Source: an uncultured Candidatus Saccharibacteria bacterium (lineage in GTDB: Bacteria > Patescibacteriota > Saccharimonadia > Saccharimonadales > CAYUUR01). Taken from it: a stretch of 64,000 bases of DNA. The notes under the pieces were generated by a model. It had not been told where the DNA came from, did not search any database, and worked only from the letters and a program-made list of their open reading frames with translations. The stretch lies in contig CAYUUR010000003.1 in the NCBI GenBank assembly GCA_964448075.1, positions 69,610-133,609 of the forward strand, given 5' to 3'. This document shows, piece after piece, positions 9,229-18,319 of the stretch (the first letter of the stretch is position 1; each line of letters opens with the position of its first letter). A program made the position numbers and the translations under genes.

Positions 9229-9275
9229 TGTGATAGTATCAGTATCAGTAATACGCGTGAGGGAGTATATACACA

Positions 9276-10874
9276 GTGGCAAAAAAGCCAACTAAATACG
9301 TATTTGTAACTGGTGGGGTGCTTTCCGGACTTGGGAAGGGCATTACTGCCGCCTCAATCGGCAACGGACTCCAAGCGCGCGGACTTTCAGTAAACATTCA
9401 GAAACTAGACCCATACCTCAATGTAGATGCCGGTACGCTCAACCCGGCAGAACATGGCGAATGTTTTGTTACTCAGGATGGCGCCGAAACTGACCTTGAT
9501 CTCGGGCATTATGAAAGATTTCTTGATGTAGAACTCACTCAGAGCAGCTCGATCATGAGTGGACGCATTCTGAGACAGTTGATCGATGATGAACGTGCTG
9601 GCGCTTTCTTAGGCAAGACCGTGCAGGTGGTGCCGCACTTTACGAACGCAATTCAAGATTGGATCAAAAAAGCTGCTGATGGCTTTGACGTGCATATTGT
9701 AGAAATTGGTGGAACAGTGGGCGATTATGAAAGCCCAGCATTCTTTGAGGCAATTCGTGAATACGGCAACAAGGTCGGCACGGAGAACTGTGTCTACGTC
9801 CAGGTTGTCTACTTACCGTATCTATCTACGAGTAAGGAGATTAAGACCAAACCCGCTCAGAACGCTTCTCGAGAGCTCCGAGCTATGGGTATCGTGCCAA
9901 ACGTCTTGGTAGCCAGAAGTGATGTGCCAGCAAATGGCAACGTACGCAGTAAGTTGAGTGCTTTCTGTGGAGTTCCAGAAGAAGGTATCGCAGTACTACC
10001 AAATGCTCGTACAGTTTACGAAGTGCCACTTACATTAGAAGAACAGGGAATCGGCGATTACATCCTCAAGCGACTACATCTAAAAGCCAAACGGGCCAAT
10101 CACAAAGAGTGGAAAAACCTCGTAGAATCAATCGTAACCAAGCCTAAAAAGACCGCCAAAGTAGCCATTGTAGCCAAGTATCTAGACAATGAAGACACCT
10201 ATTTCTCAGTGGTGGAGTCGCTACGCAGTGCATCATGGGCACACAAAGTTGGTCTCGAGTTTTCGTGGATAGATGCCGAGCAAATAACTACCGTTGCTCA
10301 GGCCAAGAAACTATTAGGTCGGTTTGACGGTGTTGTGGTCCCTGGCGGTTTTGGTACACGGGGTGTGGAGGGTAAAATTCTTGCCGCTCAGCACGCAATT
10401 CGTAGTAAGCAGCCATACTTGGGGTTGTGTCTAGGTATGCAAGTTGCCAGCATTGCGCTTGCAAGAGAATCAGGGCTGACACAAGCAAACACCACTGAAG
10501 TTGATGAGCATACCCCAGACCCAGTTATTGCGACTATGGCCGATCAAACCGACAAGCTCGGCACCGGTGGAACTATGCGCCTTGGCAACTATCCGTGCGT
10601 ACTCAAAAAAGGCACCAAAAGCTACAAACTTTATGGGCAGTCAAAGGTAGAAGAACGTCACCGTCATCGCTATGAATTCAATAATGCCTATCGTGAGCAG
10701 TTGGAGGCAAAAGGGCTTATTGTGGCCGGTGCAGCGCCTGATAACTCATTGGTGGAATTGATTGAGCTAAAAGATCACCCATTCATGATAGCCAGTCAGT
10801 ATCACCCAGAGTTCAAATCGCGTCCCAATAGGCCACATCCGTTGTTCGTCGGCTTCATTGAAGCCCTCCTGTAA
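9276..10874 (+). CDS. pyrG: CTP synthase
   Basis: 532 aa with a GTG start preceded by GAGGGAG. The N-terminus KYVFVTGGVLSGLGKGI, the IGGTVGDYES motif and the glutaminase-domain GLCLGMQ are all present. Confidence 0.95.
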   Translation: MAKKPTKYVFVTGGVLSGLGKGITAASIGNGLQARGLSVNIQKLDPYLNVDAGTLNPAEHGECFVTQDGAETDLDLGHYERFLDVELTQSSSIMSGRILRQLIDDERAGAFLGKTVQVVPHFTNAIQDWIKKAADGFDVHIVEIGGTVGDYESPAFFEAIREYGNKVGTENCVYVQVVYLPYLSTSKEIKTKPAQNASRELRAMGIVPNVLVARSDVPANGNVRSKLSAFCGVPEEGIAVLPNARTVYEVPLTLEEQGIGDYILKRLHLKAKRANHKEWKNLVESIVTKPKKTAKVAIVAKYLDNEDTYFSVVESLRSASWAHKVGLEFSWIDAEQITTVAQAKKLLGRFDGVVVPGGFGTRGVEGKILAAQHAIRSKQPYLGLCLGMQVASIALARESGLTQANTTEVDEHTPDPVIATMADQTDKLGTGGTMRLGNYPCVLKKGTKSYKLYGQSKVEERHRHRYEFNNAYREQLEAKGLIVAGAAPDNSLVELIELKDHPFMIASQYHPEFKSRPNRPHPLFVGFIEALL

Positions 10875-10920
10875 CGCATGTTGCTTGCGCTAAAAACAAT
10901 AATCCACTAACATTAGTAGA

Positions 10921-11328
10921 ATGAATCCACAAACAACAGTTCCACCAAAAGGCTCCGCTCACAAAATCCTACTCGTCGAAGATGACGACGCATTGGCGAA
11001 TGTCTATCTTACTCGCTTACAAGCAGAAGGTTTTGATGTTAAGCGCGTTCCAAATGGCGAAGACGCGCTTGCGGCTGCAATGGAATATCGACCAAGCCTC
11101 ATCTTACTAGATGTTATGATGCCAAAGGTAAGTGGCTTTGATGTACTTGATATTCTTCGTAACACTCCTGAGACAGCAAACGTAAAAGTTATCATGCTGA
11201 CTGCACTCAGTCAGGACACTGACAAGCAACGTGCTGAACAGCTCGGTGCCGATGATTATTTGGTCAAATCACAAGTGGTTATCGCCGATGTGGTTGAGCG
11301 AATCAAACACCACCTTAGCGCTAACTAA
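10921..11328 (+). CDS. Single-domain response regulator (receiver only)
   Basis: 135 aa. It has the acidic pocket LLVEDDD, the phospho-acceptor context LILLDVMMP, and the MLTALS and YLVKS motifs. There is no output domain. It is a paralogue of the N-terminus of the 58677-59897 product. Confidence 0.85.
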   Translation: MNPQTTVPPKGSAHKILLVEDDDALANVYLTRLQAEGFDVKRVPNGEDALAAAMEYRPSLILLDVMMPKVSGFDVLDILRNTPETANVKVIMLTALSQDTDKQRAEQLGADDYLVKSQVVIADVVERIKHHLSAN

Positions 11329-12529
11329 ATCGACGCTTTAGTAGGGTTGCAGAACCGACAGACAGCAGAATAAAGCTTGTTAATATTGCTTGCTTAGCAG
11401 ATTGTCCGGTCTCAGCTAGTGTTTCGTTATCTGATTCAGAGGAAGATATAACCGCTTCAGTGACAGTAATGGTAACTGTTGCCGTTGCAGTCAAACCAAA
11501 CGTGTCGGTGATGGTATAGGTAAACGTATCTGTCCCGATAAATCCAGTGTTAGGGGTATAGGTAAACGAACCATCAGCTGTAACCGTTACCGTTCCGTTA
11601 CTTGGTTGGGTATAGCCAGTAACGGTGATACTATCGCCCATGTCGTTGCTTAAGAGACCTGACGTCGTGTTTGTAATTACGTCGGTATTTGCCGTGGTCG
11701 AGTAGGCATCGTCTGTAACGGTTAGCTCTTGGATAGGGCTGGTCGCATTAGGGCAAGACGCCCCATCATTGTTTGCTGGTATTGCTCCCGTTAAGACTGG
11801 TGTGAATGTCGGAGAGCCAGTATTGTAATCATCAACCCGATAGATTATTCCAGTGGCATTTCTTGCCAAATATAGCTCATCATCTACCGTTGCCCAGCCA
11901 GCGCCGAAGGCTTCAAGTCCTGTGACGTCGCCCGGCAAGCCGGTTGGTGTAGACGATGTAACCGTACCGGTGGCAATCTCGATTCTTCTAAAGCCAGTTC
12001 CTTGTTCGCCATACAGGTAACCATCGATATGCACGAGTTCAGATACAAACAAGTTTCCTGATAGGTTAAGTACGCTCGCCGTATTCGCCGAAACATCAAT
12101 AACCCATATCTCTGTCGAAGCGGCAAATTCGCGCACATACAAATTACCTGATTGGTCGAAGTCGCCCGCAATATAGTTGTCTGCAGGTAAGCCGGCTGGT
12201 AATCCTAAGTCAGTATAGGATCCGTCATCCTCAATGCGCAGCAGATGCGCCAGCGATCCGGCGTCATTACTCATAGCATACAGATAATTATCCTCTACGT
12301 TATAACCCATGCCGTTTGGGCTATAAGGGAACGGACTCCCGATATCCATGTAAGAACCGGTTTCTGGGTCGAGTATTCGCAGCTGGCTGCTAATCATTTG
12401 ATAGAAGCCAACTTCGCAGGTAAATGGAGCGGCACTCGCCGCGGTAGGACGAGCAATTACTCCCCATGAGAAAAATAACGTGCTAAGTACGCCAAATGCC
12501 AAGAATTTGGATGTTATTTTTTGCCTCAT
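11321..12529 (-). CDS. Cell-surface protein with a sortase-type sorting signal (LAETG)
   Basis: 402 aa. It has a signal peptide ([25 protein letters not shown]), a repeat-like beta-rich domain of about 260 aa and a cadherin/Ig-like segment ([18 protein letters not shown]...[11 protein letters not shown]). The C-terminus is LAETG (11405-11419), then a hydrophobic span, then KRRFS. Confidence 0.8.
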   Translation of the reverse strand: MRQKITSKFLAFGVLSTLFFSWGVIARPTAASAAPFTCEVGFYQMISSQLRILDPETGSYMDIGSPFPYSPNGMGYNVEDNYLYAMSNDAGSLAHLLRIEDDGSYTDLGLPAGLPADNYIAGDFDQSGNLYVREFAASTEIWVIDVSANTASVLNLSGNLFVSELVHIDGYLYGEQGTGFRRIEIATGTVTSSTPTGLPGDVTGLEAFGAGWATVDDELYLARNATGIIYRVDDYNTGSPTFTPVLTGAIPANNDGASCPNATSPIQELTVTDDAYSTTANTDVITNTTSGLLSNDMGDSITVTGYTQPSNGTVTVTADGSFTYTPNTGFIGTDTFTYTITDTFGLTATATVTITVTEAVISSSESDNETLAETGQSAKQAILTSFILLSVGSATLLKRRFS

Positions 12530-12629
12530 ATTTTTTGTCTCGTAAAAAAGTGCGATTCCTGTTTATTTTACCACAACCATAAGCGTTAATACAACCAATT
12601 GAATGCCAAGAATACATTACAACAGTAGA

Positions 12630-12658
12630 TTGACAATTAAACACGCTTATGCTACAGT
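12630..12658 (+). promoter_or_regulatory. Promoter cassette copy 1 (TTGACA-17 nt-TACAGT with conserved CACGCTTATGCTA)
   Basis: The sequence is ATTGACAATTAAACACGCTTATGCTACAGT. The -35 is at 12630-12635 and the -10 at 12653-12658. Confidence 0.6.
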
Positions 12659-12684
12659 TATAACTGTAACAAGATAAAACACAC

Positions 12685-13647
12685 ATGAATGAATTCGCGG
12701 AACTTGCCCCAGAACTACCACAAAAAAACTATGCAGAACTTCACCGTGATCCAATCACAGGTAGCCTAACTTTTATTGAAGCATCACCAGAGGATAATGT
12801 GCTGTATGCATCCAAAATGGGTAATCACTCGATGCTGGATGAACTGCGCGTGATGTATCATGGCCAACTCCCTCCTGAATATCTCTTTGCAGACGGTTTG
12901 AACACGGAAACAGTTGCTGGAAAGGGTAGTGTTGAGCAAACACCTGACGGCCCGGTGCTGCGCATTAACCATTTTAGAAATAAAGGCGACAAAACAGAAA
13001 AAGAGTTGCTAGATGAAGTGATTGCAGCAGTAAGCGACAAAGGCATAGTTCAGGTGGTGCTTGAGCCAAAAGAGTTTCTAGACATCGAACCAGAACAGAC
13101 TTCTATTGAAGAGCGGCGAGCCGATGTTCGAGCGGACATACGACAATTGCCTGATAGCGAAATTTCAGAGGATTTTTTCAACCCCAAGGTTGATAGCGGC
13201 GTGGTTACTTCACTTCGATATGATACTGACGAAAACGGACAAAAAGTCGGTACTTTACAGACGATCCAAGCACATTCCATAATTCACCAGCCAGCATTGG
13301 AAGCAGCCGGCTTCAACGCCAGAGGTATGCTGTCAGGCATGAACCCGGTCTTGTTTACTCAGGCCGGAGAACCAGTTCTTGGCGGCATTAGATACGTAGT
13401 AGACGACAGAAACGACCTGTTTGCCGTCTCGCTTATTTCTTCAAATGGAGTTAATAGAGAAAAGCAACTTGAAGTACTGCAAACTACAGCGAAAAGCTTG
13501 TATGACGAACTTGGGCTCGATGCTAACTATCGCCAAGAATACACTATTGGCAATTCTCGAGGCGTTGATTATATCGACCCAGCAGAAATCATGGAGCCGA
13601 ACAGCCTAAAAGCCGCGTTGCATGAAGCTACCAGACATATGGATTGA
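12685..13647 (+). CDS. Hypothetical acidic protein (no recognisable domain)
   Basis: A 320-aa ORF with no competing frames, driven by promoter cassette copy 1. Confidence 0.65.
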   Translation: MNEFAELAPELPQKNYAELHRDPITGSLTFIEASPEDNVLYASKMGNHSMLDELRVMYHGQLPPEYLFADGLNTETVAGKGSVEQTPDGPVLRINHFRNKGDKTEKELLDEVIAAVSDKGIVQVVLEPKEFLDIEPEQTSIEERRADVRADIRQLPDSEISEDFFNPKVDSGVVTSLRYDTDENGQKVGTLQTIQAHSIIHQPALEAAGFNARGMLSGMNPVLFTQAGEPVLGGIRYVVDDRNDLFAVSLISSNGVNREKQLEVLQTTAKSLYDELGLDANYRQEYTIGNSRGVDYIDPAEIMEPNSLKAALHEATRHMD

Positions 13648-13672
13648 CAAAAAGTCACGCTTATGCTAATAT
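13644..13672 (+). promoter_or_regulatory. Promoter cassette copy 2 (TTGACA-17 nt-TAATAT)
   Basis: The sequence is ATTGACAAAAAGTCACGCTTATGCTAATAT. The -35 overlaps the upstream stop codon, and the ATG at 13681 lies 8 nt after the -10. Confidence 0.6.
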
Positions 13673-13680
13673 AAAGACTA

Positions 13681-14535
13681 ATGAATCACGCTAGCCCAAA
13701 CCAACCGAATACAGCCGAACAGTCAGTAGCATATGAGCAGGCGATGCTTACTCATCCTCATCAGGAACTATCGTTTGCGGCTGTTCCTTTTGTGCCATCT
13801 GCACAATACGAAGGAGTAAATCTTGAATCAAATCCTATTGTTGCTGAGATAAATGTTGCTGACAATCACTTTGCAATTATGAAGTCCAGCTCAGATGAAA
13901 ACGACGTAGAGTCAGTTTTTCTGGTGACGACACGGCTTAATACATACAAGCGTGGAGAAAACGGTGAGCCTTCATATATCGTTTTGAGATCACATGCTTT
14001 GAAACCCGGAGAAGTGTTTGATTTTGGACGTACATTTCTGCATGATGCGGGAGACAATCCAACGAATCAAATGTCACGTAAGCAGGCAAGCATTACTGTA
14101 ACTAACGATGGAGCAATTTCAATCTCACAGTTGAGTGTAAATGCTGCGACAGAAGTGAATTATTCAAAACAATCTAGTCGTGATGACAACGAATGGGAGT
14201 ACGATCCTGAGGATACCTTGCCTCGTGAAAAACTAGCTTACGTCGTATCAAAAGAAGCGGAACTTGCCCAAGAAGATCAGCTTATCTCGGAGGAGATGAA
14301 AGCCATAAAATCACGTTTTGACGACGAGACTGCACTTAATCTGTGGCGATATGCGTCAGGGACAATTAATAAGCGCGAAGCACAAGCAAGGGGAGATGGC
14401 CAAGGCTCGATGAACGAGGGTCAAGTAGCTGGTGAAGCATACCGTAAACTTCCTTCTGAAGCCAAGGAAGTTGCTGATAGATACCGTTACCTTATGGAAC
14501 GACGCAGTACTATTCTTGAGCAGTTATCTCGATAA
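13681..14535 (+). CDS. Hypothetical protein with a possible FHA-like core and a C-terminal coiled-coil-like region
   Basis: 284 aa. The segment FDFGRTFLHD...MSRKQASITVTNDGAISISQLSVNAATEVN resembles the FHA GR...SR.HA...S.N pattern, but this is a weak motif reading made by eye. Confidence 0.6.
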   Translation: MNHASPNQPNTAEQSVAYEQAMLTHPHQELSFAAVPFVPSAQYEGVNLESNPIVAEINVADNHFAIMKSSSDENDVESVFLVTTRLNTYKRGENGEPSYIVLRSHALKPGEVFDFGRTFLHDAGDNPTNQMSRKQASITVTNDGAISISQLSVNAATEVNYSKQSSRDDNEWEYDPEDTLPREKLAYVVSKEAELAQEDQLISEEMKAIKSRFDDETALNLWRYASGTINKREAQARGDGQGSMNEGQVAGEAYRKLPSEAKEVADRYRYLMERRSTILEQLSR

Positions 14536-14538
14536 GAC

Positions 14539-14574
14539 TGCAAACCCCATGAACACAGACCAACATGGTTTGCA
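14539..14574. terminator. Stem-loop between convergent genes (possible bidirectional terminator)
   Basis: TGCAAACCCCATG (14539-14551) pairs with CATGGTTTGCA (14564-14574). It lies between the stop of the 13681-14535 gene and the stop of rpmA. Confidence 0.45.
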
Positions 14575-14597
14575 TAATAAAGTAGAACGCGCTGGAA

Positions 14598-14870
14598 TTA
14601 TTCGACGGTGACTTCGGTACGAGGGACTGTGCGACCAGTGAAGGTCTTGTAGCGACGTTGGTTGAATTTAACGACACCGTCTTTTGAGGCATGGATCGTA
14701 AAGTTGCGGCTCATCATGGTGCCTTTGCCAGCGCGCTTGGTCATACCAATCTGACGTACAATAACTTGGCCGTTTTTGACTTTTTGACCACCGTAAATTT
14801 TGACGCCGAGCCGTTGGCCGGGACTATCATGAACGTTTTTACTTGAACCACCTGCTTTGACGTGTGACAT
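14598..14870 (-). CDS. rpmA: 50S ribosomal protein L27
   Basis: 90 aa beginning MSHVKAGGSSKNVHDSPGQRLGVKIYGGQ...VRQIG, the canonical L27 N-terminus. Confidence 0.93.
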   Translation of the reverse strand: MSHVKAGGSSKNVHDSPGQRLGVKIYGGQKVKNGQVIVRQIGMTKRAGKGTMMSRNFTIHASKDGVVKFNQRRYKTFTGRTVPRTEVTVE

Positions 14871-14873
14871 TGA

Positions 14874-16028
14874 TTACTTCCTTGTTAGTACTAAAAGTTC
14901 ACGGGCGACGACTTGGTCTTTTCTAAAGTAGAGCAAATCTTGGTTGTCTGCGTGAACAAAACTCAGTCGATTATACCCCAGTTCCTCGAGAGAATCAAGC
15001 GTTTTTAGGTGTTTGACGCCGCCGCGCGTTATCCAAGCAGGTACAGCCAGGCAAGCGCGAAAGCCCGGTTTGGTCTGACCAGCCAAATTTTGCAGGAACT
15101 TTTTATGAATCACATGCACGTCACTCATAACTTGTTGCAGCGTTGCAGCGTCAGGTTCACTACTAAAAGGGCGCCCCAGATACGTTTCTGCAGCGATGAC
15201 ATCAAACGACTCCCAGGTAGTGTTCGTTGCGTCACCAACTGCGAGCTTTTGCTCGGTGGGGCCGACAAGCCACTTGAGGTTTTCTTGCGTATATTCAATC
15301 ATGCGCGGTTCAAGGTCGGTGCCGTACGCGTACCTCCCCATGAGTAGTGCTTCTTGTAGAATCACCCCTGTACCACAAAACGGATCAAGTACGATTTCAC
15401 CTTCGCCAGGGTTGGCGAGGTTGACGATAATCTGGGCTAGCTTCGGTGGCAACATGCCAACCCGAGCATCGCGCTTGGGGCGTTTTTGGTCGCGGGCAGC
15501 GTAGGCTGAAATGTCTTGGACGTGTGTCACTTGGGTAAGGAGCGTAGTCTCGCGGTCGCGTACGATGAGGAATTCCAATCCGGTCGGACCAGTCAGCTGA
15601 TTATGCAAAGTCTGAGCGCTGTTGAGGATGTGGTCAGTATTTGGTACGAGGCGGACGGATCGACCAGCTTGTTTGATAACTTTTTTGATTTCGAGACCTG
15701 AGCGCTGCAAGTCTTTATGACTAACTTGTAAGCCGTCGACGCTCAAGCCAAGGCGAATTTTACCTTCCGGTATATAGTCCAAGTGCTCTGGCAGTGTACG
15801 AACGATGTACTGTACTATCTTGCGCCAGTCGGCCGTCTCTAGACGGGTGAGGACTTTGGCGAGCTTGATAGTGCCTCCAAGCCGGTTAAAGGCAATATCG
15901 TTTGGAGCCATGTCAATTACGACTGCTTGTCTGCCGATTGGGTGCAGAGCTGAACTGCCATAGAGGCTTTCGAGCTCAGCAATACCGAGGGCGGGTTGAC
16001 GGCCCAGCAGGGCGAGTGATTGATTCAT
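14874..16028 (-). CDS. Putative RNA methyltransferase (UPF0020/Trm11-like class I SAM methyltransferase)
   Basis: SAM motif I is VLDPFCGTGVILQEALLMG, followed by TDLEPRM and a downstream ETYLGRPF motif. The ORF is open to 16118, but ATG 16028 lies 7 nt after a TATACT box at 16041-16036, so the shorter start is preferred. Confidence 0.6.
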   Translation of the reverse strand: MNQSLALLGRQPALGIAELESLYGSSALHPIGRQAVVIDMAPNDIAFNRLGGTIKLAKVLTRLETADWRKIVQYIVRTLPEHLDYIPEGKIRLGLSVDGLQVSHKDLQRSGLEIKKVIKQAGRSVRLVPNTDHILNSAQTLHNQLTGPTGLEFLIVRDRETTLLTQVTHVQDISAYAARDQKRPKRDARVGMLPPKLAQIIVNLANPGEGEIVLDPFCGTGVILQEALLMGRYAYGTDLEPRMIEYTQENLKWLVGPTEQKLAVGDATNTTWESFDVIAAETYLGRPFSSEPDAATLQQVMSDVHVIHKKFLQNLAGQTKPGFRACLAVPAWITRGGVKHLKTLDSLEELGYNRLSFVHADNQDLLYFRKDQVVARELLVLTRK

Positions 16029-16080
16029 ACCAAACAGTATAACGGGAACTTGCATGAATCGGGTATAATGCACAGCAAGT

Positions 16081-17133
16081 ATGGCAGACGAAAAACGCGC
16101 AAAACGCTGGAAACTCATAATTACTATCGCTACATTCGTAGCCTTAGGTGGACTTATCTATGCGGTTCGCGACCAGATCATGGACACCATTACTAACTTT
16201 GGCGAAGTTAACTCCGGTGTCCTTATCCTCATGTTCTTTACGCAGGCGCTAAGCTACGATTCGTATACACGGATGTATCGTCATCTATTTGGCATATTAG
16301 GGCATAATATTCCATTCAAACGGATGTTACGTATTAATATCGAACTGAATTTTGTGAACAGCGTGTTTCCGAGTGGTGGTGTTTCCGGGTTTTCTTACTT
16401 TGGTCTGCGCATGAAATCAGAAGGCGTCAGTACTGGCCAGTCAACACTTGTGCAGTTAATGCGCTTTATTCTGATTTTTGTTTCGTTCCAGGTGCTTTTA
16501 TTTGCCGGGCTACTAATTTTGGCCATAGGCGGCCAGGCTAGCAACCTTGTTATTCTCATTGCTGGTTCACTGGCTACGCTCCTGTTTGTCGGTACGCTCG
16601 GCATGATGTTTATCGTTGGCAGCAAAAAGCGCATCAATAGTTTCTTTACCTACATCACACGATTTGTGAACCGCTTGATACACCTGGTACGTAAGAACAA
16701 CCCAGAAACCATCAGCATTGCGCGAGTCGAGAAGCTTTTTACGGAACTACACGAAAACTACATGCTGATCAAAAAGAATCCACATTTTCTAAAGTGGCCT
16801 CTGGTGCATGCTTTGATGGCGAATATAGCTGAAATAACCACGATATACGTTGTCTATGTGGCATTTGGGCAGTGGGTGAACCCGGGGGCCGTAATTATTG
16901 CGTATGCGATTGCAAACTTTGCTGGGTTGGTTTCTGTACTGCCAGGAGGCGTTGGTATCTACGAAGGCTTGATGACAGCCGTGTTAGCAACCGCTGGCGT
17001 GCCAGCTGGCGTCAGCATCCCGGTAACCATCATGTACCGTATTCTTAACATGACAATTCAGCTGCCGGTTGGGTATTTCTTCTACCACAAGACAGTGCAT
17101 ACAGAAGGCATTAGCGCCCGTCGGTCGACATGA
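16081..17133 (+). CDS. Polytopic membrane protein, UPF0104 (lysyl-phosphatidylglycerol synthase TM-region-like) family
   Basis: 350 aa with about 8 hydrophobic segments. The motif context is NSVFPSGGVSGFSYFGLRMK. Confidence 0.5.
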   Translation: MADEKRAKRWKLIITIATFVALGGLIYAVRDQIMDTITNFGEVNSGVLILMFFTQALSYDSYTRMYRHLFGILGHNIPFKRMLRINIELNFVNSVFPSGGVSGFSYFGLRMKSEGVSTGQSTLVQLMRFILIFVSFQVLLFAGLLILAIGGQASNLVILIAGSLATLLFVGTLGMMFIVGSKKRINSFFTYITRFVNRLIHLVRKNNPETISIARVEKLFTELHENYMLIKKNPHFLKWPLVHALMANIAEITTIYVVYVAFGQWVNPGAVIIAYAIANFAGLVSVLPGGVGIYEGLMTAVLATAGVPAGVSIPVTIMYRILNMTIQLPVGYFFYHKTVHTEGISARRST

Positions 17134-18230
17134 GCGAACAGCTCGTTTTTAGTGTCAGTGACTTTGCGGCAGTACTAAACCAGACGCTTGAATTTGCCTA
17201 TCCGTCGGTTGTTATAGAAGGTGAGCTGGCGAACTTCCGCGTCAGCAAAGGTAAGTGGCTGTACTTTGACCTCAAGGATGAATACGCCACGATACGTTTC
17301 TTCGGTTCGGTGTATAACCTGCCTGGGCCTCTAGAGGACGGCATGATGTTGCAGGTTCGTGGTGCACCACGCTTACATCCGCAGTTTGGTTTTAGTGTGA
17401 CAGCACAGACAATCCAACCGGTGGGCGAAGGTAGCATCAAAAAGGCTGCAGCATTACTGCAGGCCAAGCTACAAAAAGAAGGTCTGTTTGATGATTCACG
17501 CAAGCGCATGCTACCTGCGGCACCGACTCGTGTTGGTTTGATTGCCTCAGACGAATCAGCAGCATATGCAGATTTTATAAAGATACTTAACGAACGGTGG
17601 GCAGGGGTAGAGATTTGTCTGGTAAACGTGCAAGTCCAGGGCGAAGCGGCACCAGCTCAGATAGTCACCGCTCTAGAACTGCTTAATCAACAAGCGGAGA
17701 TGCCAGAAGTTATTGTGATAACCCGTGGCGGCGGTAGCCCAGAAGATCTGGCTGCATTTAGTACTGAGCAAGTCGTGCGTGCGGTGGCAGCCAGCCGCGT
17801 GCCGACACTCGTTGCTATTGGTCATGAGGTTGATATATCGCTGGCCGAGCTGGCAGCAGACCAACGCGCCAGTACGCCCAGCAATGCAGCTCAAATGCTC
17901 GTTCCGGACAAAGCAGACGCGCTGGCACAGCTTGCAAATTACCGTCGCCAATTAGCGTATTCACTGACCACACCTCTGGTAGAATTGCGCCGCAGTATCA
18001 AAATATCGCATACAGATTTGGTTCAGCAGGTCTTGCGTATTGAGCGTAATGCAACTCATGACTTACAACAAAAAAGGCGAATACTCACGGCCTTTAGCCC
18101 GGCAAAAACGCTGTTGCGTGGCTATGCCATCGTTCGACAGCAGGGCAAAGTAGTACGGAGCACTAAGCAGCTGAAAACAGACCAGCCGCTAGAGATACAA
18201 TTTGCCGACGGAACCGTCAAAAAACCATAA
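17130..18230 (+). CDS. xseA: Exodeoxyribonuclease VII large subunit
   Basis: 366 aa. It has an OB-fold N-terminus (VVIEGELANFRVSKGKWLYFDLKD) and the catalytic region RGGGSPEDLAAFSTEQVVRAVAASRVPTLVAIGHEVD. Confidence 0.9.
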   Translation: MSEQLVFSVSDFAAVLNQTLEFAYPSVVIEGELANFRVSKGKWLYFDLKDEYATIRFFGSVYNLPGPLEDGMMLQVRGAPRLHPQFGFSVTAQTIQPVGEGSIKKAAALLQAKLQKEGLFDDSRKRMLPAAPTRVGLIASDESAAYADFIKILNERWAGVEICLVNVQVQGEAAPAQIVTALELLNQQAEMPEVIVITRGGGSPEDLAAFSTEQVVRAVAASRVPTLVAIGHEVDISLAELAADQRASTPSNAAQMLVPDKADALAQLANYRRQLAYSLTTPLVELRRSIKISHTDLVQQVLRIERNATHDLQQKRRILTAFSPAKTLLRGYAIVRQQGKVVRSTKQLKTDQPLEIQFADGTVKKP

Positions 18231-18319
18231 CTAGCATCAATCAAGCAATCTGTTTACAATGACCATAATTGCCAAATATCAGCTTGCATTGCATATGTGA
18301 GGACAGAAGGGAAGGTTAC

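Noticed and set aside
14874-16118. The full 414-aa extent of the methyltransferase ORF, including overlap with the divergent 16081 gene
   Set aside because: The first 30 codons (MSFQRFARFSSAILAVHYTRF...) overlap the neighbouring gene and its promoter. ATG 16028 lies directly behind a TATACT box, so I preferred the shorter form.
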